This document shows, piece after piece, positions 1-10,800 of a stretch of DNA of 43,256 bases. Positions within the stretch are counted from its first letter, which is position 1; every line of letters starts with the position of its first letter. Made by a program: the position numbers and the translations under genes. The notes beneath the pieces were generated by a model that saw nothing but the letters and a program-made list of their open reading frames with translations, did no database searches and was not told where the DNA came from. The stretch covers positions 1 through 43,256 of IMG/VR virus record IMGVR_UViG_3300027419_000010; one strand, written 5' to 3'. This DNA is from a virus (Duplodnaviria; Caudoviricetes).

Positions 1-127
1 CCCGCAGCTCTGACAGTCGGAGAACAAACTATCGTAGGAAGAAAAACAGGCGGGGCGATAACGGCTCTTTCAGCTTCAGAAGTTAGGACAATCTTAAACG
101 TAGCAGACGGGGCAACCTCCAACACCA
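1..127. repeat. Terminal direct repeat (copy 1), circular-assembly overlap
   Basis: 1-127 is identical to 43130-43256 and lies inside one continuous ORF; 127 is a common assembler k-mer size. Confidence 0.95.
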
Positions 128-258
128 AAGCCACAGGAGCAGAACTCGACACAGGGACAGATGACGCTAAATTCGCAACCGCTAAGGCTTTGAAAGATAG
201 CTCTTATGCCACAAAAAATGATTCTCAAACGATTTTATCTAATCAAATATTCTCATAA
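1..258 (+). CDS. 3' end of the fibre protein that begins at 41519 and wraps across the junction
   Basis: Frame 1 reads PAALTVGEQTIVGRKTGG...DSQTILSNQIFS*, TAA at 256-258, in frame with the 41519 ORF. Confidence 0.9.
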   Translation, partial: PAALTVGEQTIVGRKTGGAITALSASEVRTILNVADGATSNTKATGAELDTGTDDAKFATAKALKDSSYATKNDSQTILSNQIFS

Positions 259-261
259 ACT

Positions 262-621
262 ATGGCAACATTCTCAAAGACAATCCTCTCCGGCTCTACC
301 GACGGACAAGGAATAAAGGTAGTAGCTACCGCAACGGCAGGAACGACTATCCATACCTGTTCAACAACCGCAACCGACCTAGAAGAAATCTGGCTCTATG
401 CTTTTAATTCTCATACCGCTGACGTGGTTCTCACGATTGAATTCGGAGGGGCAACCGCTCCTGACCAAAATATCGTAGTAACCGTTCCTTTCAAAGAGGG
501 TTTGTTCTTGGTAGTCCCAGGTTTGATATTGAAAGGAAATGCCACCCCTCTTACAGTCAAGGCTTTCGCCGCTACTGCCAACGTGATTACCATAAGCGGA
601 TTCGTTAACAAGATAGCTTAA
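262..621 (+). CDS. Small virion structural protein (fibre-associated, beta-rich)
   Basis: 119 aa, Thr/Ala/Gly-rich, starts 3 nt after the fibre stop. Confidence 0.65.
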   Translation: MATFSKTILSGSTDGQGIKVVATATAGTTIHTCSTTATDLEEIWLYAFNSHTADVVLTIEFGGATAPDQNIVVTVPFKEGLFLVVPGLILKGNATPLTVKAFAATANVITISGFVNKIA

Positions 622-626
622 TATCA

Positions 627-1004
627 ATGAACTTTTTTAGAAATAGAAACACACTCGGAAATATACCAACTCTCATCAAAGAAGAGGGTGGAGCAGCCCC
701 CATATTGGGAGAGCAGCAAACAGCGCAAGACCCTGACGAGAATACTTATCTGAAATATGTGCAATATGGGAATCTATATGTTCTTAACGGGTTTTACGGA
801 GGGGGATTAGCTAGGCTTGGTGTAGCAAGCGAGACTGAAACAAAGGCTAGGGTATGTACTTTGCTGGGCATAACGGCTTCGTCTTGGATAGAATCTACTC
901 ATTATACATCTTCTGGTAAGATGCAGTATTATCCAGACCCAGGTGCGTGGTCGCAAATCACTTCTTCATCTGTTCCTACTATTTTCGCAGTCCTCGCCGC
1001 TTAA
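627..1004 (+). CDS. Hypothetical protein, probably virion-associated
   Basis: 125 aa, tightly packed in the structural operon. Confidence 0.55.
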   Translation: MNFFRNRNTLGNIPTLIKEEGGAAPILGEQQTAQDPDENTYLKYVQYGNLYVLNGFYGGGLARLGVASETETKARVCTLLGITASSWIESTHYTSSGKMQYYPDPGAWSQITSSSVPTIFAVLAA

Positions 1005-1031
1005 CTTCTTTCAATTCTTTTAATTTAATAT

Positions 1032-2534
1032 ATGGCACAGAAACCAATCACAATAGATAGCGTTTTAGGAGGATGGAGTGAGAGCTACTACCTAGGGAGT
1101 AGGGGTGCTTTTAACGTCTCTTTGGGAATAGACCCGGATTACGCGATAGGACAGACGAAATCATCAGGGGCAATCGTGCCGGTAGGGTATGAGAAGTTTG
1201 CGGATTTAACCGGATATCCTAAATGGATCATCACGAACCCTAAGACCGCCGACACTTACGTCTATTCTTCGGCCGACTTCATAAAATATGACGCAAATTA
1301 TAGCGAGGCTTCCTTGACGCTTCCAACTAGCGGAGCAGGGAACGGAGCAGTATATTACAACGACTATATCTACCTGGCAACGCCGACCGATATAGCAAGA
1401 TACGGACAATTATCAGGCACTCCAAGTCTTACCAATAACGCCTGGACAGGTGCGACGCTTGGCTCGCTTACGGCCCTTACTAATACTACCTACCCCTCTA
1501 TTTCCGGCACTTCCATCCCCAACCATCCGATGTTCTCCCATTCCGACAACTCGGTATATGTGGGGGACGTGGTAAGCGGGAAGGGGGTTTTGCATAGGAT
1601 TATTACTAACGCTACCGGCACCAATGACGGCTCGGCTTTCAACGTGATTGATTTTCCTTATGGATATTACCCGACTTGCATTGGTAATTTTGGCAAAGAT
1701 ATAGCGGTTGGGTGCATACAAGGCTCGGCTAATGCTACGACCATCCAAGGGGAAGCGAAAATGTTTTTATGGGAGGTTACGAACACCGATACTTTCTACG
1801 ATGAAGTTCCGCTCGGAGATCCGCTCGTTACCGCTATCCGCAATATAAACGGCAATCTCTACGTTTGGAGCGGAAACCTCACCAGTCACAGGGTAAGAAT
1901 TTATTTGGGTAACGGATATTTTAAGGAGGTATGCTCGGTGGACGATTGCCCGCCGCCATTTCAAGGGGCGGTCGATTCGGAGAAGGGGAAAATATACTGG
2001 GGAGGAAGCACAACCTATCCCGAAAGCACGGCTTCGGTTTTCTCTTACGGCTCTACCAGCAATCTTGGAATGGGGCTGCATAACGTGGTTCGCTCGACTG
2101 CTACCGGAGCCAACGCCAGAATTACCGCATTAAAAGCCATCCAGTCAAACAAACTTATCTTGGGCGTAGGCTCGGATAGCGAGAAACAGCTTGAAAAATA
2201 CTCGGCAACGGCTTCCATAGATTCTACTTTCAGGACAATGGTATTTCCCATAAACCGCAGATTCCAGATCGAAATGATAAAACTCTCTTTGGGCGGGTCG
2301 GTCACGGATTCGACTGTCATTACTCCGAAAGTGTATGTGGACGACGGCTCGGACAGCGAGGCTTTGAAAGTAATAAACTCTACCAACTTTTCCAATTCGG
2401 AGAGGATTATAAAACTATCATCCACCAAGATAGGCAACAATAACTTCTTCCTGGACTTTGCCTTTTCCGGCACTACTTCGCTTCCGATACTGCTTCCTAT
2501 AACCGTCTATTTTAAGCTACTCGATAACGAATAA
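1032..2534 (+). CDS. Podovirus tail nozzle/stabilisation protein (P22 gp10 / T7 gp12-like, beta-propeller)
   Basis: 500 aa with repeated short beta-strand blades, adjacent to an adaptor-like gene; inferred from synteny. Confidence 0.55.
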   Translation: MAQKPITIDSVLGGWSESYYLGSRGAFNVSLGIDPDYAIGQTKSSGAIVPVGYEKFADLTGYPKWIITNPKTADTYVYSSADFIKYDANYSEASLTLPTSGAGNGAVYYNDYIYLATPTDIARYGQLSGTPSLTNNAWTGATLGSLTALTNTTYPSISGTSIPNHPMFSHSDNSVYVGDVVSGKGVLHRIITNATGTNDGSAFNVIDFPYGYYPTCIGNFGKDIAVGCIQGSANATTIQGEAKMFLWEVTNTDTFYDEVPLGDPLVTAIRNINGNLYVWSGNLTSHRVRIYLGNGYFKEVCSVDDCPPPFQGAVDSEKGKIYWGGSTTYPESTASVFSYGSTSNLGMGLHNVVRSTATGANARITALKAIQSNKLILGVGSDSEKQLEKYSATASIDSTFRTMVFPINRRFQIEMIKLSLGGSVTDSTVITPKVYVDDGSDSEALKVINSTNFSNSERIIKLSSTKIGNNNFFLDFAFSGTTSLPILLPITVYFKLLDNE

Positions 2535-2536
2535 AT

Positions 2537-3685
2537 ATGTCTTATTCTTACACAACTTTCAGAGACGACATCGCCAACTCGGAGAGATTTCCTGACATCG
2601 CAAACAATCTCTCGATCCGCACAGTCATCAACCGCTCCGTCCGCAACGTGAACAGGGAAGTTGACCTAAAAAGCACTAAACGCAAGGCAGGGCTTACTTC
2701 GAGGATTTTCGATAACGTCTATGACTACGCTTGCCCGACTGACCTCAAGGCTCTCATTGACTTCCAGCCCCAACTCAATCGGGATAGTGATACTCGGATC
2801 AAGTGGACTACCGAAGAACTTTTTGACCGCAAGAAAGAGATACTGACCAACCTAGTTACTATCTCCCATGACGATATGGCTCGTAAAATCATGGCTTCGA
2901 TGGACGTAAAAGATACCACGCTCAAAGTCTCAAATATGGATTCCTTGAACGAGGACGGAACATGGACTTTGTTCGGAGACGCGGAAAACGTGGCGCTTGA
3001 TAACGATAATTATGCCGAAGGGTCAGGGTCTATCCGGTTCGATATTTCAGCGGCAGGGGGAACGACGGCAGGGATTTACAAGGTTTTCGATGACCAATTT
3101 GATATTACCGATTACGTTTCTGGCGGTTCGGCTATCGTCTGGCACTATGCCTCGAATGTGACCAACTTGACCAATTTCATACTGCGGATAGGCAACGATG
3201 CTTCCAACTATTATGAGATGACTACAACTACCCAAGCGGACGGCAACGCCTTTGTCGTGGGGTGGAACTTACTCAAGTTTGATTTTTCAGGAAAGAGCGA
3301 GACGGGTTCGGTTACGGAGGACGAATGCGATTATGTGGCAATCTATATGACCAAAGACGGGGCGAAAGTAAGCGAGACGGACTTTAGATTTGATGACTTA
3401 CAGCTCCACGTCGGGCAGATTTTCTCGGCTCTTTATTACAGCAACTACGGCTGGCAGACTTCGGGGGGAACGTGGATCGAGAACTCTACCGCTGATACTG
3501 ACATAATAAACGCTACTTCCGAAGAATACGACCTGTTTGTGGAAAGAGGGAGAATGGAAGTCTTTAACGAACTCAAGGAATGGGACTTGGCAGACCGGGC
3601 AGAAAAGAGATACCAGGAAATAAAGAAAGCCTATACGCAAAGATACCCGTCCGAAAGATTGAAACTCGAACAGCGATATTACTAA
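2537..3685 (+). CDS. Head-tail adaptor / tail tubular protein A-like with inserted beta-sandwich domain
   Basis: N-terminal helices (IRTVINRSVR...YDYACPTDL) and C-terminal helices (DTDII...AEKRYQE) typical of gp11/gp4-like adaptors flank a beta-rich insert. Confidence 0.55.
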   Translation: MSYSYTTFRDDIANSERFPDIANNLSIRTVINRSVRNVNREVDLKSTKRKAGLTSRIFDNVYDYACPTDLKALIDFQPQLNRDSDTRIKWTTEELFDRKKEILTNLVTISHDDMARKIMASMDVKDTTLKVSNMDSLNEDGTWTLFGDAENVALDNDNYAEGSGSIRFDISAAGGTTAGIYKVFDDQFDITDYVSGGSAIVWHYASNVTNLTNFILRIGNDASNYYEMTTTTQADGNAFVVGWNLLKFDFSGKSETGSVTEDECDYVAIYMTKDGAKVSETDFRFDDLQLHVGQIFSALYYSNYGWQTSGGTWIENSTADTDIINATSEEYDLFVERGRMEVFNELKEWDLADRAEKRYQEIKKAYTQRYPSERLKLEQRYY

Positions 3686-3694
3686 TTTAAAAAG

Positions 3695-5932
3695 ATGGCG
3701 GAGGAATATAAACAAACATTTTTAGAAGAGAAAAACGAATATCCGACACTTGATGAGGTGCGGGCTTTGATTTCTTCGTCCATGACTAGAGTTACTTCAC
3801 CAATGACTGTAGCTTCAAGCTATATGCAGAGCGAGGATTTTGCTACCGGATCTAAAGGTTGGCAGATTAAAGCCAACGGGGACGTTGAATTCAATAATGG
3901 AAATTTCCGGGGAGACATAACGGGAGCTACTGGAACATTTTCAGGCTCTCTTACTGGTGGCTCTCTTAATATTCCCAACACTACAACCGCTAATTCTTTT
4001 CATACGGACGCTACAGGCAACTCTTGGTGGGGGTGTAACGTGGCTGATTTTGGAAGCGATAATGATAACGCTAAGGCCTACATATTAAACACGGGAGCTG
4101 CTAAGTTTCAAGATATAGACATAGTTGGGACAGTATCGGGACGGTCCACCGCTACTTTGGCCGCTGCAATCGACGAATCGGGACATTTTGCGGACGCAGC
4201 TATCAATACCGCTACCGGAAACATTCTTGGAGAATTCACTTTCGGAACGTCAGGGGCGATCCAGATAGGAAGTTATGTAAACGGAGCAAGCGGAGATGTA
4301 AGGATAAGTCCGACTGGAATTCTAGGCAGGGATAGTTCCGGCTCTACTACTTTTTCGATAGACGCGACTACGGGAGTTGCAACCATAAGCGGACTTGTTG
4401 TGGGAACCAATGTAGGAATCGGGACAGCTCAAGACAGCGCCGGAGTGACTACCATAATCGGAAACACGGTAACGGCTTCTTTCGTAAACGCGCTCAGTAT
4501 AACCGCAGGAAGCGTAAGCGCCAGCGGCATAACTTCAGGAACCTTGTCATCTAAAACCATAACTCTTGGAATTACCGCAGGGACTGGGGACTCATATATT
4601 GGATCAGGCAAGACGGATTTTACCAATGCTCAGGCAGGTTTCATTCTCGGAGTAGATGACAGCGATAGCGACACAGCTAAGTTTTTCATCGGTAACGATA
4701 CGAGTTATCTAAATTGGACCGGAGACAATCTGGATATTACATCGAGCAGGCAGCTTGAGGTCTTTACGGCAGGAGAAAGTATCACCGCAGGGCAGTCGCT
4801 TTGTTTAGGGAGGGGGGTTGCAGCTTCCAGCACGGAGGGGCAGATAATATCTTTCAGAAGCGCGGGGGTCGATAGTCTCAATCCAGATACTAATTATCAC
4901 GGCGCCACCAGTTATCGCGTCAATTCCCAATTAAGCGCACCAGCTAGGCAGGAGTGGGTATTGGTTGATTTTGAGTTTGAAGATTTTGCCGACGTATTCA
5001 CGAACTGCGCCGTATGGTTTTATACCAATAGCGGTACGGTCAACGTGGCCGGGCCTTTCACGGTCACGATTTATCCGATTACATCAGCGTGGGATGAAGA
5101 AACTGTTACCTACAATAATCTTCCTACATTAGGGACAGCTCTAGGGTCTTTTCAGGTAGAAAATTCCGACGGATCGATGTATCACAGCGTTGATTTAACG
5201 AACTTCATGTGGAAGATTAAAGCTAGCGTAACTACCGCGCCATATGGATTTCTGCTTAAAGGATCACAGAGCAACGCTAATAACGGGTACGTAAACTTAT
5301 TCTTGGAAACTAGCGCAAACCAAGAGCCTGGGCTGCGTGGAAGAAGGATGCTTTACAGGAATAAAGTATTCAAGGCAAAATCCGCTACCATCGAAGGGGA
5401 TTCTCAGGAATACAGGTGTTTTAACTTCATAGGATTTGCGGCAGAAGCGGCAGAAGCAGAAGATTCTATCAGAGTGATAACGCAGGGAACGGTAAGCGGC
5501 TTGAGCGGACTTATACCCGGAGAAGCATATTATGTCGGAGAAGGAGCGGGGGATATCGATACTTCCTTCAGCATTTCCAGCAACAAGCCTTTGTATAAGA
5601 TAGGAAGGGCTATCACTGATACTAAATTACTGATAGAGAAGGGGGAGATAACTTATGATTATGTCATTACATCACAGACCGCCAATCCATTTTACCTTCC
5701 TACATATTTCCGGCCGATTGAAATAGAAGCTTGGTCCGGAGGAAGCAGCGGATTTGAGCATGCCTTATTAGGCAGGTACATAAGTAAGAATCAGTATCAT
5801 GTAGCTGCCGGATATCATGTGCTTACTACCGGTTCTATGGGATTCGCTACTCTTTCTTATACTCTCCAGGGAGGGGTGGTGTTCAATAGCTTTCCGGCGG
5901 ACACTATAGCTTTACTTAAAATGAAAGGATAA
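3695..5932 (+). CDS. Tail fibre/spike with DNRLRE/CBM96-like domain
   Basis: GWQIKANGDVEFNNGNFRG tail motif, Gly/Thr/Ser-rich shaft, then NPDTNY...VTIYPITSAWDEETVTYNNLP typical of DNRLRE domains. Confidence 0.7.
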   Translation: MAEEYKQTFLEEKNEYPTLDEVRALISSSMTRVTSPMTVASSYMQSEDFATGSKGWQIKANGDVEFNNGNFRGDITGATGTFSGSLTGGSLNIPNTTTANSFHTDATGNSWWGCNVADFGSDNDNAKAYILNTGAAKFQDIDIVGTVSGRSTATLAAAIDESGHFADAAINTATGNILGEFTFGTSGAIQIGSYVNGASGDVRISPTGILGRDSSGSTTFSIDATTGVATISGLVVGTNVGIGTAQDSAGVTTIIGNTVTASFVNALSITAGSVSASGITSGTLSSKTITLGITAGTGDSYIGSGKTDFTNAQAGFILGVDDSDSDTAKFFIGNDTSYLNWTGDNLDITSSRQLEVFTAGESITAGQSLCLGRGVAASSTEGQIISFRSAGVDSLNPDTNYHGATSYRVNSQLSAPARQEWVLVDFEFEDFADVFTNCAVWFYTNSGTVNVAGPFTVTIYPITSAWDEETVTYNNLPTLGTALGSFQVENSDGSMYHSVDLTNFMWKIKASVTTAPYGFLLKGSQSNANNGYVNLFLETSANQEPGLRGRRMLYRNKVFKAKSATIEGDSQEYRCFNFIGFAAEAAEAEDSIRVITQGTVSGLSGLIPGEAYYVGEGAGDIDTSFSISSNKPLYKIGRAITDTKLLIEKGEITYDYVITSQTANPFYLPTYFRPIEIEAWSGGSSGFEHALLGRYISKNQYHVAAGYHVLTTGSMGFATLSYTLQGGVVFNSFPADTIALLKMKG

Positions 5933-5948
5933 ATAACTAATAAAAATC

Positions 5949-7772
5949 ATGGACATAACACTTTACAAAGCAGGTGGTAAGACCAAGACTATCTCCGAAA
6001 ACGGGGCGCAGTATTACATTGATAATTTCGGGTGGAGCAAGGACAATCCGGCTAATATACAAAAAGCAAATCCCATAATGGACCCGGCGGCTCAATCAGC
6101 TCCGGCCTATAACCCACAAGGCAATCTTAGTGCCGCTAATCTTAACGCGTACAAGGAAACCATAAAACCTGCCCCGGCGGTTTATTCATCATCGGCGGCC
6201 AAGACTGACTACGCTAAAAATCAGGAAGTCTTGCAAAAAGCGGAGGAAAACATCACGAACTATAACCAGCTTACCAACAAGGATGGAACTATTTACAACG
6301 GCGACAAAGGCTACGCGACTCCGGAAGATTTGGCGAAGGATATGGGCGTGCAAAGCAATCAGATTGACTGGGCCAAAATAGGAACAAATCAGGTCATAAA
6401 GCCTACTGGCAACGTAGCTTTGGATAGCAAAGTGGATGAAATAAACAAGACTATCGGACAGTTTACCGGCTCGGTCATGGATGCGTATAATATGCGGCCG
6501 GATGTGCAGGAAATGATAAGGAACAATTATGAGGGCGATCCTTTCACTCCGGGTACTCCGGCTAATACGGCCTTGAATAATTGGTGGAATAGCAATGGGA
6601 GATATGAGATGAACGGCCAGATGCAACAAATGACAGCAGAATACAAGCAAGCCGAAGATGATTATACCAGCGCAGTTGCGGCAGCTAGGCTAGCCGAAGA
6701 CGGAGGTAATCTATTGGCATTCAGAAAAGCGATAGAGGACGTAAATGCTGCTCAGGATAAAAAAATAGAGTCAATAAACAATCTTTACGAGAATATAAAG
6801 ACTGCAAGAAACCAAGTCACGCAATATTCAACTCCTACCGCAGAAGAAACGGCGTTAAAGACTGAGATTGCCAATGTAGCACAGCAGATAAAACAAACCA
6901 ACCTCAATGCAGAAGCCGGTATTGCAAAAGTCAACGAGCAGACGATCCCTCAAGCCTTCCTTACAGGGCAAAATGCCGCTATCCAAAAGCAAGCCAATCT
7001 TGCCCTCAAGACCCTGAATGACAGTTATTCCAATCTTACCAACCGCCTCGGACTCATGGAGGAAGAAAGACAGGTCAATCTCGATTCTGCCAATCAGCAG
7101 TTATCATTCCTTTACGATGATCTGGATTTTCAGCAGAAGGCATACGACAGATTATATGACGAGGAAACGGATATTATAAGCCGCTTTGATAAATATTCCT
7201 CGGAAACAAAATCCAATGCCGCAGACGCGCTCGAGGCTCTTTCGGGTATTGACCCGTCAACCATGAGCGAAAAGGCTAAGGCTCAGGTCGCTTCCGTTGC
7301 GGAAACCTTGGGGGTGGATTCTACTGACATTATGTCCGCCTTGCAGAACTCTTGGGATCAGGGCATCTTGGAAGCCGCTCAGAAAGCAACGGCAGACACT
7401 ACGATTATTGAGAGAGACGGCAGACAGATACTGATTAACAAGACCACAGGGGAAGATATCAAAGATTTGGGGAAAATTTATGTCGCTCCTAAGGCCAGTT
7501 CGGGAGGTGGTGGATTGACCGAGGCAGAAAAGAAGCAGGCGAAATATAACGATGTTGTATCGCAACTTCAATCCAGCAAGGGGATAGATGGATATGTAAA
7601 CACCGATGTTTATGAGCGGCTTATCAAGGCTAATCCGGATTTGAGAAGTTGGCTACCGGCAGAAGAATGGCTTAACCCTAATGACCCGACAGCTAAAAAG
7701 TTTTTCCAGACGGCAAGTCAGGCCATAAAAGGAGATAATTCTTCGGGGATAGAAAATCCGTGGGCAACATAA
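5949..7772 (+). CDS. Putative internal virion/ejection protein
   Basis: 607 aa, Ala/Gln/Asn-rich and helical, located after the tail genes as in podoviruses. Confidence 0.55.
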   Translation: MDITLYKAGGKTKTISENGAQYYIDNFGWSKDNPANIQKANPIMDPAAQSAPAYNPQGNLSAANLNAYKETIKPAPAVYSSSAAKTDYAKNQEVLQKAEENITNYNQLTNKDGTIYNGDKGYATPEDLAKDMGVQSNQIDWAKIGTNQVIKPTGNVALDSKVDEINKTIGQFTGSVMDAYNMRPDVQEMIRNNYEGDPFTPGTPANTALNNWWNSNGRYEMNGQMQQMTAEYKQAEDDYTSAVAAARLAEDGGNLLAFRKAIEDVNAAQDKKIESINNLYENIKTARNQVTQYSTPTAEETALKTEIANVAQQIKQTNLNAEAGIAKVNEQTIPQAFLTGQNAAIQKQANLALKTLNDSYSNLTNRLGLMEEERQVNLDSANQQLSFLYDDLDFQQKAYDRLYDEETDIISRFDKYSSETKSNAADALEALSGIDPSTMSEKAKAQVASVAETLGVDSTDIMSALQNSWDQGILEAAQKATADTTIIERDGRQILINKTTGEDIKDLGKIYVAPKASSGGGGLTEAEKKQAKYNDVVSQLQSSKGIDGYVNTDVYERLIKANPDLRSWLPAEEWLNPNDPTAKKFFQTASQAIKGDNSSGIENPWAT

Positions 7773-7800
7773 TAATTGTTATACGATAAATAATATCATT

Positions 7801-10800
7801 ATGGCAGATTTTACAACCACAAGATTACAAGCGATAAAACGACTCCAGTCAGGCGAAAGCTGGGGCAATGTTTGGAACTCCGTAAAAAAGCAATTTCCGA
7901 GCCTATCCAATAAATTTATAGATGAGCAGTTGGGCGGTTCGGGAGAAAAAGGAACCGGATGGGCGGCGGCCGGAGCGTATGAAAAATATAAGGCTCAACC
8001 TAAGTCCAATCTCATTACGGCTCTAAGGTCTTCCGCAGAAACTACTAAGAACGCTATTACCGCACCGAAGCAATCCAATCTTATATCCTCTTTGCGAACG
8101 CCTGCCAAGAGCGCTACTGTTCCGATCACGAATTACCTAAATACTCCCGCAAAACCGAGTATGCCGGTGAATACGCAGGCAAAAACCTCATTGGTAACGC
8201 CTACTCAAAACAATCCGAAAAAGAGCAATCTAATCGAGAGTCTTAGAAAGTCTGCCGATGTCATACCTAAAATCGGAGAGGCCGCTGGGAAAACTATATG
8301 GGGATTGGAAAAAGCAATCATTACTTCCCCTGTGAAATCAGCGGCGCAGATAGGGCTTTACGGCGAAAAGAAACTAGAAGGAACCAAGACAGCAAGCTAT
8401 GAACCGACAAGCAAATTAGGTAAATTTTTTCTTGGCGATAAAGTGAGCGACGTGGAAACCGAAGGACAGGATTTCCTAAAGAGCGTAGGAGTAAGTGAGA
8501 ATAAGTCTAATAAATACGGATTGGCCTTAGGAGGGGCATTAGCGATTTCTGATTTCATCCCCGGAGGCGGTGGTAAAAAATCTGTTATAAAATATCTAGC
8601 CAAAGAAGATGACGCAGTAAAGATTGCAAAGATTTTGACTAAGGCGGGAATGAAAGCGGACGAAGTAATGCCCTATGCACAGAAAATTGCAAAGACTTCC
8701 GATGTTAAGACGATAGAGAATACTTTAAGCGAAATAGACAACTTGGCTAAAACAAGCCAAAAAACGACCGCACAGAATGCCCTGAGAGGCGTGGAAATAA
8801 AAAAGCCTAACATTGTATCGTCTAAATTGTCACCGATAAAAGAAAAATTGTCTTCTACTAATAAGGAATTAAAAACAGAACTGTTTGATCGTTATGCTCC
8901 GATACAAGATATGGTAAAGAAAGCAAAACTGTCCGCTGAGGCCGATCCGTATGTTGCCGCGCGTAACTATGCCGGGCACTTAGGTAAGGTAGAAAATAGG
9001 CTTGATGATTTGTCCGCAGTCTTGAAACCTAATAAGGCAATTCTAAAAGATGTGAAACAGTATGCCTTGCTTGATAGATACGATGAACTTGCTAAAAGAG
9101 GAGTTACTAAATTCCCTGATAATCTTACACCTGAAAAGATAATAGCGAACAAGGCGGAGATGGAGAAAGCTTTAGGATCAGAAGGAATGGCAAAAATAAA
9201 CAATGCACTCAAGGGCATAAGGGGATATAACGACAACTTGCTCAAAGAGGCAAAAGACGCTGGAATAATTTCAGATGAAAGCTATAAGGCAATAAAGACA
9301 AACAATGAAAAATATATACCATTGCAAAGATTGGAATACTTAGAGGAGCAAGCCGATAACATTCCAAGAGGGTCGAATGCTTTTAGCGTGGCTACTCAAG
9401 GTATCATCAAAGGGATAAAAGGAAGCGAGAAAGCAGTCGCTGATCCGATTGAGTCAATGGTAAGAAACACTTACAAAACTATTAACCTGATAGAGCGAAA
9501 TAAGGTTGCTCAAAAGGTTGGGGATTTATCAAAACTTCCAGAGTTTAAAGATATAGTTATTCCATTAAGAGAAGCTGAGAAAGTGCAGAAAAGAATTGAT
9601 ATATTTACCGAACTTGGAAAAACAAGGATTGATAAAAATAAGTTAGAAAGATTGATAGTCACTCGCAATCGTTGGAGTAGGAGATTGCAATCAGAGGTCA
9701 ACAAATTGAATAAATTAGGAGTCAATGAATATCTTAAAAGACCAGATGAAAAAACACTGCCAACGCTAAAAAGCACAGTCAAAATAATTATCAAGCCGGA
9801 GGAGATAAAAGAGTTAGCTCCAAAAAGTTTTGATGAACTTAAAAACTCCTATGGAGCGAAAGATATTCTTAAAAAAGAGTATGCAACTTTTGACAGACTA
9901 AAGCAGGAAGTAAAGGCGGGTGGATGGTCAAGGCTTATAGAGGTAGGAATAGATAAGAATACTGCCGAAAGCGTGGCTAAACAGATATTCAAAAGTCCAG
10001 TTTACAAACCTAAACAGGTTATAGCGGAGCAGGCTGGATATGCGATACAGAACACCTCAGATGTAAAGAACTTTATAAATAATCTGATACAAGAAGAGCC
10101 GGAAAAATTGAATATAATAAAAAATAAATTAGCTACGAGAGATAGGAGACTTGCTTCTACTATTGAAGATTTACAAGGTTTACAGAAGTCTTACGGAGAT
10201 CTGAAACTGAAAAGAGGAGAATTGAGAGGCGAAGCAAAAGAGTTGGCTGATATCCCAGTTCCTTTTGGTATGGAAAAAATATCCGTATTCCGCAATGGTA
10301 TCAAAGAGGAGTATGCAGTACCGAAAGACGTGGGGGCAGCCCTGAAAAATCTTAATCAAGAAAGCACGGATATAGTCACAAAATGGGCGAGACTAAGTTC
10401 AGGGGCTTTGAGAGCAGGTGCTACTTCTTTGAATATAGGTTTTATTCCCGCTAATGCCGCTAGAGATTTTCAGACCGCCACGCTTGTTTCAAGGGTTGGA
10501 TTCACTCCCCAAGACTGGATGAAGGGGTTTTCTGAGGCTATCAAGAGAGGGGATGATTATAAGAAGTTTTTAGAGAGTGGAGGTGCTTCTGGATTTTTTG
10601 AGGCTAACAAGAATTTACCGAAGACAGTAAAAGGTTTGACTGAGGCGAAAGGCTTAAAAATCATAAAAACTGTTACTAACCCAGTAAAGTTACTTAATCT
10701 AGTAGGAGAAACTATAGAGCTTGCTCCTCGGTTAGGTGTGTACAAGAGATCGGTTAAAAAGGGCCTTAGTCAAACTGAGGCGGCTTTTAACGCGCGCAAT

